Part shown: piece by piece, positions 1 through 4,642 of the stretch | How the letters are laid out: every line of letters begins with the position of its first letter | Position numbering within the stretch: position 1 is the stretch's first letter | IMG/VR virus record: IMGVR_UViG_2667527959_000005 | Reading direction: 5' to 3' (one strand) | Source: a virus | Taxonomy: Duplodnaviria > Heunggongvirae > Uroviricota > Caudoviricetes | Length of the DNA: 4,642 bases | Position numbers and translations under genes: made by a program | Notes under the pieces: model-generated | What the model saw: the letters and a program-made list of their open reading frames with translations, nothing else | What the model was told of the DNA's origin: nothing | Databases searched by the model: none

Positions 1-1
1 C

Positions 2-49
2 AAAGAAGAGTCAATCGCAGACAACATTTTGAATGCGGTCACACGTTAG
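2..49 (+). CDS. Q: 3' end of a Q-like late antiterminator gene (partial, 5' end outside window)
   Basis: Frame 2 reads KEESIADNILNAVTR then stop TAG at 47-49. The stop lies 78 nt upstream of the predicted late-promoter +1 (about 127), which is the spacing I recall for lambda Q and pR'. Only 15 codons are visible, so the call rests on synteny and spacing, not on a recognisable domain. Confidence 0.45.
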   Translation, partial: KEESIADNILNAVTR

Positions 50-91
50 CAGCATGATTTCCACGGATGGCAACATATTAACGGCATGATA

Positions 92-133
92 TTGACTTTT
101 TGAATAAAGTTGGGTAAATTTGACTCAACGATG
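92..133 (+). promoter_or_regulatory. pR'-type late promoter with qut-like element (Q antiterminator loading and pause site)
   Basis: -35 TTGACT at 92-97, a 17-nt spacer, -10 TAAATT at 115-120, predicted +1 near 127. The start of the transcribed region (TCAACGATGG, 125-134) matches the lambda pR' initial transcribed sequence that I recall as carrying the -10-like pause-inducing element. Position directly downstream of the Q-like stop and upstream of the lysis cassette fits a late promoter. Confidence 0.6.
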
Positions 134-155
134 GATAAATGCACTCGTTAAATAA

Positions 156-191
156 AGCCCTGAGTTAATAGCTCGGGGCTTTTTGCGTTTT
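156..191 (+). terminator. Rho-independent terminator of the short late leader transcript (tR'-like)
   Basis: Hairpin with 5' arm AGCCCTGAG (156-164), 7-nt loop TTAATAG (165-171) and 3' arm CTCGGGGCT (172-180): 9 bp including one G-U wobble, GC-rich core. It is followed by TTTT GCG TTTT (181-191). It lies about 30-60 nt downstream of the predicted +1. Confidence 0.6.
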
Positions 192-461
192 AATCACGGC
201 CTTTCTGAAAGCACATCAAACCAAATACCAGACAGACAATACCCTCACCTTATCCGCTGTGGCTACGGTGCGGTGTGCTTTGTATAAAAGAAAACCAGCT
301 CAATGTCTGGCTTCGTGAAAGCGGGTGGCAGGAGGTTGCGCTAACAACCTCATGCCGTTTTGCCCGTGCATATCGGTCACGAACAAATCTGATTACTAAA
401 CACAGTAACCTGGATTTGTTCTATCAGTAATCGACCTTATTCCTAATTAAATAGAGCAAAT

Positions 462-475
462 CCCCTTATTGGGGG
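462..475 (+). promoter_or_regulatory. sdi-like stem-loop upstream of the S dual start (translational control of holin versus antiholin initiation)
   Basis: CCCC (462-465), loop TTATT, GGGG(G) (471-475), immediately 5' of the two start codons ATG 482 and ATG 488. This matches the structured leader that sets the S107:S105 ratio in lambda. Confidence 0.5.
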
Positions 476-481
476 TAAGAC

Positions 482-805
482 ATGAAGATGCCAGAAAAAC
501 ATGACCTGTTAGCCGCCATTCTCGCGGCAAAGGAACAAGGCATCGGGGCAATCCTTGCGTTTGCAATGGCGTACCTTCGCGGCAGATATAATGGCGGTGC
601 GTTTACAAAAACACTAATCGACGCAACGATGTGCGCCATTATCGCCTGGTTCATTCGTGACCTTCTCGACTTCGCCGGACTAAGTAGCAATCTCGCTTAT
701 ATAACGAGCGTGTTCATCGGCTACATCGGTACTGACTCGATTGGTTCGCTTATCAAACGCTTCGCTGCTAAAAAAGCCGGAGTAGAAGATGGTGGAAATC
801 AATAA
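482..805 (+). CDS. S: Class I holin, lambda S type, with dual-start motif (antiholin S107 from ATG 482, holin S105 from ATG 488)
   Basis: 107-aa ORF beginning [34 protein letters not shown], which matches lambda S as I recall it over its whole length with very few substitutions. It has the Met1-Lys2-Met3 dual start and three hydrophobic segments with a charged C-terminus. The 17-nt overlap with the following endolysin gene is the same S/R arrangement as in lambda. Confidence 0.95.
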   Translation: MKMPEKHDLLAAILAAKEQGIGAILAFAMAYLRGRYNGGAFTKTLIDATMCAIIAWFIRDLLDFAGLSSNLAYITSVFIGYIGTDSIGSLIKRFAAKKAGVEDGGNQ

Positions 806-1265
806 TCAACGTAAGGCGTTCCTCGATATGCTGGCGTGGTCAGAGGGAACTGATAACGGACGTCAGAAAACCAGAAATCATGGTTATGACGTCATTGTTG
901 GCGGAGAGCTATTCACTGATTACTCCGATCACCCTCGCAAACTTGTCACGCTAAACCCAAAACTCAAATCAACAGCAGCCGGGCGCTATCAGCTTCTTTC
1001 CCGTTGGTGGGATGCCTATCGTAAGCAACTTGGCCTGAAAGATTTCTCTCCGAAAAGTCAGGACGCTGTGGCATTGCAGCAGATTAAAGAGCGTGGCGCT
1101 TTACCGATGATTGATCGCGGTGATATCCGTCAGGCTATCGATCGTTGCAGCAATATCTGGGCGTCGTTACCTGGTGCAGGTTACGGTCAGTATGAACATA
1201 AAATCGGTGACCTGATTGCCCGATTTAAAAAAGCTGGTGGGGTAGTAAATGAAGCTGAGATATAA
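789..1265 (+). CDS. R: Endolysin, lambda R type lytic transglycosylase
   Basis: 158-aa [42 protein letters not shown]..., which matches lambda R from memory, including the catalytic Glu19 in the WSEGT context. GGAG at 779-782 is a Shine-Dalgarno 6 nt before the ATG. The last ~25 residues diverge from lambda R. Confidence 0.95.
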   Translation: MVEINNQRKAFLDMLAWSEGTDNGRQKTRNHGYDVIVGGELFTDYSDHPRKLVTLNPKLKSTAAGRYQLLSRWWDAYRKQLGLKDFSPKSQDAVALQQIKERGALPMIDRGDIRQAIDRCSNIWASLPGAGYGQYEHKIGDLIARFKKAGGVVNEAEI

Positions 1266-1641
1266 GCTGGTTATCGCTGCATTCTTCTTTACTGTCATCG
1301 GTTCTTTCATCTGGTCTGCCAACCACTACTACAGCAAATATCAGCACGAAAAGAAACGTGCTGATGAGGCTGTACAAAATGCCAAATCGGCAACTGTCAT
1401 TACCAATAACGTCCTGCAATCACTGCAAATCGTCAATACAGTTCTGGAGGCTAACCAGCATGCAAAACAGCAGATCACACTGGAGTCACAGAGAACCGAG
1501 AACGATATCAAGGCTGCTGTTGCGGATGATGATTGTGCTGTTCGTTTTGTGCCTTCTGGCGCAGTTAAGCGGCTGCACGACTACGCGAACGGTCTACGTT
1601 CCAGTTCCGGTGGTTCCGTTACCAGCCAACCTGACGGCTGA
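1249..1641 (+). CDS. Rz: Rz-like inner-membrane spanin subunit (i-spanin), non-lambda type
   Basis: 130-aa ORF whose start overlaps the R stop (ATG 1249, R stop 1263-1265), with GGTGGGG as Shine-Dalgarno. It has an N-terminal signal-anchor (LVIAAFFFTVIGSFIW), then a charged, Q/E/K-rich periplasmic region with a Cys near the C-terminus. It sits at the third position of the lysis cassette and contains an embedded +1 frame lipoprotein ORF. The sequence is unlike lambda Rz. Confidence 0.8.
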   Translation: MKLRYKLVIAAFFFTVIGSFIWSANHYYSKYQHEKKRADEAVQNAKSATVITNNVLQSLQIVNTVLEANQHAKQQITLESQRTENDIKAAVADDDCAVRFVPSGAVKRLHDYANGLRSSSGGSVTSQPDG

Positions 1642-1804
1642 AACACCGCAGCCAGACTTACCCGACCCGTTTACGTGGGGAGCAAGTCTTGACCTGAATG
1701 TCGCATTGCTGTCAGCGCTGGCGCAGTGCAACAGGGATAAGGCTGATATCAGGATTTTCGAGAACAACAGGGCAGGACAAACCGATGGCACGATTAAACG
1801 TTGA
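1526..1804 (+). CDS. Rz1: Rz1-like outer-membrane lipoprotein spanin subunit (o-spanin), overlapped architecture
   Basis: In the +1 frame relative to Rz: MMIVLFVLCLLAQLSGC, with lipobox L-S-G-C and the Cys at residue 17 from ATG 1526. The mature region is proline-rich (VYVPVPVVPLPANLTAETPQPDLPDP) and carries a further Cys (AQCNRD). The ORF starts inside Rz and ends 163 nt after the Rz stop. The start is uncertain: ATG 1526/1529 has no positively charged n-region, while in-frame ATG 1460 (GGAGG 11 nt upstream) would give a long charged n-region. Confidence 0.65.
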   Translation: MMIVLFVLCLLAQLSGCTTTRTVYVPVPVVPLPANLTAETPQPDLPDPFTWGASLDLNVALLSALAQCNRDKADIRIFENNRAGQTDGTIKR

Positions 1805-1970
1805 AGTTATCCCACCAGACAGCGAGGTGCTGAACGGGATTTTTGCAGAGATTGAGCGCAAATATGCGCGTCAGCCGCTGACGCCAAAAGTAATTGATGA
1901 AATGCAACGCGAAGTGGCGCGCCTTGTGCGGCGAATGATAACCACAAAGGTTACGTTCGTCCGGGACTGA
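1785..1970 (+). CDS. Hypothetical small protein (61 aa), function unknown
   Basis: ORF MARLNVEVIPPDSEVLNGIFAEIERKYARQPLTPKVIDEMQREVARLVRRMITTKVTFVRD. AGGA at 1774-1777 is 7 nt upstream of ATG 1785. It is co-oriented with the late operon and overlaps the Rz1 stop by 20 nt. The composition is protein-like (charged, probably helical). No motif I can name. The upstream in-frame ATG 1698 has no credible Shine-Dalgarno. Confidence 0.4.
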   Translation: MARLNVEVIPPDSEVLNGIFAEIERKYARQPLTPKVIDEMQREVARLVRRMITTKVTFVRD

Positions 1971-1977
1971 CATTACA

Positions 1978-2000
1978 GAAGCCCTTCACTGAGGGGCTTC
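1978..2000. repeat. Inverted repeat / RNA hairpin between the small ORF and the HExxH gene
   Basis: GAAGCCCTTC (1978-1987), loop ACT, GAGGGGCTTC (1991-2000): 10-bp stem with one G-U wobble, or a 7-bp perfect stem with a 9-nt loop. There is no downstream U-tract (GATAATGGAG follows), so it is not a canonical intrinsic terminator. Confidence 0.4.
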
Positions 2001-2024
2001 GATAATGGAGCACTGGGATTATTC

Positions 2025-2645
2025 ATGAACAGACCACACCCACCAGCGCATTTTACGATGCCACCTGACCCGAAGCCGTACATCAGCATTATGCCCGCTA
2101 ATGACGTTGGCGAGTGGCTGAATAAGCACATCCTGAGCGATGAGGGTGACCTCTACAACCCTGACCACCAGCATTTGCTTGAAGCGGATCTGTGCTTTCT
2201 CTGGGCGTCGAACGCTTTCGAGAAGAAAGGGCGTTCCGTGCTGGGGCAGGCGGAAGAAGTGGCAATGCGTGCCGGAGGCTGGCAGAAAGCGCGGATGGAG
2301 CAGCAGATGTATGAATGGTTCGGCAGGGTGCCGCAGTTCATCATCACGCTGGCCGCTGATTACTGCTCGCAATGTTCCGATCTGGAATTCTGTGCGCTGA
2401 TAGAGCACGAGCTTTATCACATCTGCCAGGCGACAGATGAATTTGGCGCGCCGAAGTTCACGCAGGAAGGGCAGCCAAAGCTGAAGCTGCGCGGCCATGA
2501 CGTGGAAGAGTTTGTGGGCGTGGTTCGCCGTTACGGTGCGAGCCGGGACGTGCAGGAAATGATTGATGCGGCGAATCAGCCAGCGGAGGTTGCTCATCTC
2601 GATATTGCCAGAGCGTGCGGGACGTGCATGCTGCGACTGGCTTAA
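2025..2645 (+). CDS. HExxH-motif protein, putative zinc metallopeptidase-like phage protein of unknown function
   Basis: 206-aa ORF co-oriented with the late operon. HELYH at residues 128-132 (nt 2406-2420) is preceded by CSQC (residues 114-117) and a further Cys at 123, with CGTC near the C-terminus (residues 198-201). The N-terminus is proline-rich (MNRPHPPAHFTMPPDPKP). Only weak Shine-Dalgarno candidates (GGGA 2015-2018, GGAG 2007-2010). Family assignment is from motifs only. Confidence 0.7.
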   Translation: MNRPHPPAHFTMPPDPKPYISIMPANDVGEWLNKHILSDEGDLYNPDHQHLLEADLCFLWASNAFEKKGRSVLGQAEEVAMRAGGWQKARMEQQMYEWFGRVPQFIITLAADYCSQCSDLEFCALIEHELYHICQATDEFGAPKFTQEGQPKLKLRGHDVEEFVGVVRRYGASRDVQEMIDAANQPAEVAHLDIARACGTCMLRLA

Positions 2646-2676
2646 ATACTGGACTGTATAAGACGAATGGTGATTT

Positions 2677-3150
2677 ATGGCTGCATTAAAACCTGATGTG
2701 AAAGCCTTCATCATTCAGTCGCTTGCGTGCTATGACACGCCATCGCAGGTGGTCGAGGCTGTCCAAAAAGAATTCGGGATCAAGATCACCCGCCAGCAGG
2801 CTGAATCTCACGACCCCACGAAGGCCAGCGGTAAGACGCTCGCCAAAAAGTGGATCGAGATGTTCCACGCGACGCGCGAACGGTTCCTGACCGAAACCAG
2901 CGACATTCCGATCGCGAACAAATCCTATCGCCTCCGCGTGCTTGACCGCATGGCAACCAAAACCGAGGGGATGAAAAACTTCTCCCTGACGGCGCAGCTG
3001 ATTGAACAGGCCGCGAAAGAGGTTGGCGACGCTTACACCAATAAGCTGAAGGTTGAAAGCACTGGCAAGGATGGCGGCCCGATCAAGACCGAGACGACCA
3101 ACCTCACCGCAGATCAGGCCGCAGAGATTTACCGCAAGATGATGGGGTGA
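2677..3150 (+). CDS. Terminase small subunit (TerS), P22/Sf6-like headful type
   Basis: 157-aa ORF immediately upstream of the large terminase (stop 3148-3150, TerL ATG 3153), with GGTGA Shine-Dalgarno before ATG 2677. The C-terminal segment [17 protein letters not shown] resembles the conserved GKDGG-x-I-x-x-ET tail of Sf6/P22-family small terminases as I recall them. The N-terminal region is plausibly a helix-turn-helix DNA-binding domain. Confidence 0.8.
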   Translation: MAALKPDVKAFIIQSLACYDTPSQVVEAVQKEFGIKITRQQAESHDPTKASGKTLAKKWIEMFHATRERFLTETSDIPIANKSYRLRVLDRMATKTEGMKNFSLTAQLIEQAAKEVGDAYTNKLKVESTGKDGGPIKTETTNLTADQAAEIYRKMMG

Positions 3151-3152
3151 TC

Positions 3153-4642
3153 ATGCCTCTCCCGTTTGAATTCGATTTCAGAAACCCTGATTACCAGATG
3201 GTTTTTGAATGGCGGATGGAGCGCTTACAGCGCATTCGCCAGAACCCTGAAATGCTGCCAGCGCTAAAGCAGTTTTACCGCACCAACCCGGCACAGTTCA
3301 TCATCGACTGGGGTATGACTACTGACCCGCGTAACATCGATTATGGCCTGCCGGTCACCATCCCTTTTCTGCTGTTCCCGAAACAGGAAGAGTGGATTCA
3401 CTGGATCATGGAGCGGCGCGAACGACTGGAGAACGGCATCACCGAAAAGAGCCGCGAAATGGGGCTCAGCTGGACGGCGATCGGGCTGGCCTGTTCGCTC
3501 TGCCTCTTCAACAAAGAAATGGTTATCGGTTTCGGCTCCCGTAAAGAGGAATACGTCGACAGCACCGGTGACCCGAAGGCGCTGTTCTGGAAGGCGCGCA
3601 AGTTCGTGGAAACGCTGCCCGTCGAGTTTCGCGGTTCGTGGGACGAGAAGAAGCACGCGCCGTACATGCGCGTTGAGTTTCCCGATACTGGCGCGGTTAT
3701 CAAAGGCGAGGCTGGCGACAATATCGGACGTGGTGACCGTACCACGCTCTACCTGGTGGATGAAGCTGCATTCCTCCAGCGTCCTCTGTTGATTGATGCG
3801 GCGCTGTCGCAAACCACCCGTTGCCGTATTGACCTGAGCTCGGTTAATGGCATGGCGAACCCGTTCGCGCAGAAGCGCCACGGCGGAAAGATACCAGTAT
3901 TCACGTTCCACTGGCGGGATGACCCGCGCAAGGATGAAGAGTGGTATCGCAGGGAATGCGAGAAAATCGACAATCCGGTGGTGGTGGCGCAGGAACTTGA
4001 CCTGAACTACAGCGCATCTGCGGAAGGCGTCCTGATCCCGTCCGACTGGGTACAGGCTGCCGTCGACGCGCATATCAAACTTGGTATTCAGCCAACGGGC
4101 AAGCGACTTGGCGCGATGGACGTCGCCGACGAAGGCCGGGACAAAAATGCCTTTTCGACCCGTCACGGCTTCCTTCTGGAGAACGTGCGTGAATGGTCCG
4201 GCGTGGGCAGCGACATTTACCAGTCCGTTGAGAAGGTCTTCGGCTTTTGCGAACAGGACAACCTCGAAGAGTTTCGCTTCGACGAGGACGGCCTGGGTGC
4301 TGGCGTTCGCGGCGATGCGCGCGCCATCAACGAACTGCGTAACGCTGCGCGCCGACCGTCAATACTCGCCACACCGTTTCGTGGTAGCGGCGCGGTATTT
4401 GATCCGGACGATGAAGCGGTGCGCGGGGACAACGGACAGGCCGCACGCCTGAACAAGGACTTCTTCGCCAACGCCAAGGCCCAGAGCTGGTGGTGGCTAC
4501 GCAAGCTTTTCCAGAACACCTATCGCGCCGTGGTTGAGGGCATGGCCTACAATCCGGACGAAATCATCTCAATCAGCAGCGCTATGGCGAGCAAAGACAA
4601 ACTCATCATCGAGCTGTCGCAGCCGACCTACTCCATTAACGG
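3153..4642 (+). CDS. Terminase large subunit (TerL), N-terminal ~496 codons; 3' end beyond window
   Basis: Open frame from ATG 3153 to the window end with no stop, which is why it is missing from the ORF track. Deviant Walker A KSREMGLS (residues 99-106, nt 3447-3470) and Walker B LYLVDE (nt 3747-3764). The downstream region ([14 protein letters not shown] ... [10 protein letters not shown] ... [17 protein letters not shown]) is recognisably similar to the nuclease domain of Sf6/P22-type large terminases. Translationally coupled to the upstream TerS. Confidence 0.95.
   Translation, partial: MPLPFEFDFRNPDYQMVFEWRMERLQRIRQNPEMLPALKQFYRTNPAQFIIDWGMTTDPRNIDYGLPVTIPFLLFPKQEEWIHWIMERRERLENGITEKSREMGLSWTAIGLACSLCLFNKEMVIGFGSRKEEYVDSTGDPKALFWKARKFVETLPVEFRGSWDEKKHAPYMRVEFPDTGAVIKGEAGDNIGRGDRTTLYLVDEAAFLQRPLLIDAALSQTTRCRIDLSSVNGMANPFAQKRHGGKIPVFTFHWRDDPRKDEEWYRRECEKIDNPVVVAQELDLNYSASAEGVLIPSDWVQAAVDAHIKLGIQPTGKRLGAMDVADEGRDKNAFSTRHGFLLENVREWSGVGSDIYQSVEKVFGFCEQDNLEEFRFDEDGLGAGVRGDARAINELRNAARRPSILATPFRGSGAVFDPDDEAVRGDNGQAARLNKDFFANAKAQSWWWLRKLFQNTYRAVVEGMAYNPDEIISISSAMASKDKLIIELSQPTYSIN

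Noticed and set aside
200-461. Possible small coding ORF in the S leader (for example ATG 303, 13 codons)
   Set aside because: Too short and without ribosome-binding context. The region matches the non-coding S leader of lambda as I recall it.
466-690. 74-aa minus-strand ORF overlapping the S holin gene
   Set aside because: Antisense to the well-supported S gene, with no start context or features.
1225-1419. 64-aa minus-strand ORF overlapping the R/Rz junction
   Set aside because: Antisense to Rz. The hydrophobic stretch is simply the reverse-complement shadow of the Rz transmembrane segment.
1358-1525. 5' part of the 148-aa +1 frame ORF, upstream of the Rz1 signal peptide
   Set aside because: The region before the hydrophobic core is an out-of-frame reading of Rz. 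ATG 1460 is kept only as an alternative Rz1 start, not as a separate gene.
1698-1784. Upstream in-frame start (ATG 1698) that would extend the small ORF to 90 aa
   Set aside because: No Shine-Dalgarno within a usable distance, and the extension (MSHCCQRWRSATG...) looks like an out-of-frame reading of the Rz1 3' region. ATG 1785, which has AGGA 7 nt upstream, is preferred.
1594-1791. 65-aa minus-strand ORF overlapping the Rz end and Rz1
   Set aside because: Antisense to the spanin genes, with no supporting signals.
2001-2006. GATAAT -10-like hexamer upstream of the HExxH gene as an independent promoter
   Set aside because: No acceptable -35 at 16-19 bp spacing and no TG extended -10, so a single hexamer is insufficient. 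The gene is more simply read through from the late promoter.
2140-2400. 86-aa + strand ORF and 64-aa minus-strand ORF (2153-2347) inside the HExxH gene
   Set aside because: Nested in alternative frames of a better-supported gene, with Arg/Ser/Cys-rich artefactual composition.
1805-2676. Lambda-type cos site between the lysis and packaging modules
   Set aside because: I found no match to the lambda cosN sequence GGGCGGCGACCT in the window, and the terminase genes are headful type, so no cos feature is reported.
2019-2714. 231-aa minus-strand ORF covering the whole HExxH gene and the start of TerS
   Set aside because: It is antisense to a + strand gene with clear motifs, and the translation is Arg/His-rich and low-complexity-like, as expected for the reverse complement of a GC-rich coding frame. 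It would be transcribed against the late operon and has no convincing start context.
2686-2868. 60-aa minus-strand ORF inside TerS
   Set aside because: Antisense to TerS, with no start context.
3264-4166. 300-aa minus-strand ORF inside the large terminase gene
   Set aside because: Antisense shadow of the GC-rich TerL coding frame. The + strand frame carries Walker A/B and a terminase nuclease-like region; the minus-strand product has no recognisable features.
3343-4519. Several 74-149 aa ORFs in alternative frames within TerL (3343-3792 +, 3398-3745 -, 3749-3973 -, 4081-4452 +, 4217-4519 -)
   Set aside because: All lie inside the open TerL frame. Their translations are Arg/Ser/Ala-rich frame-shift artefacts typical of high-GC coding DNA.

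Overview
This window is the late-gene region of a lambdoid (lambda-like) enterobacterial phage or prophage, with every supported gene on the + strand in the direction of late transcription. In order: the last 15 codons of a Q-like antiterminator gene (2-49); a pR'-type late promoter with a qut-like initial transcribed region (about 92-133), followed only about 60 nt later by an intrinsic terminator (156-191); the lysis cassette S holin (482-805, Met1/Met3 dual start), R endolysin (789-1265), Rz i-spanin (1249-1641) and an out-of-frame Rz1 o-spanin lipoprotein (1526-1804) that overruns the Rz stop; a two-gene cargo interval with a 61-aa ORF (1785-1970) and a 206-aa HExxH-motif protein (2025-2645), separated by a 10-bp-arm inverted repeat; then a headful-type small terminase (2677-3150) and the 5' part of the large terminase (3153-4642, running off the window). 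S and R match lambda S and R as I remember them, while Rz/Rz1 and the packaging genes are not lambda-type, so the region is mosaic. The long minus-strand ORFs are antisense shadows of + strand genes. The most interesting item is the uncharacterised small-ORF plus HExxH-protein pair in the lysis-to-terminase slot; its function cannot be settled from sequence alone, and no homology search was possible here.
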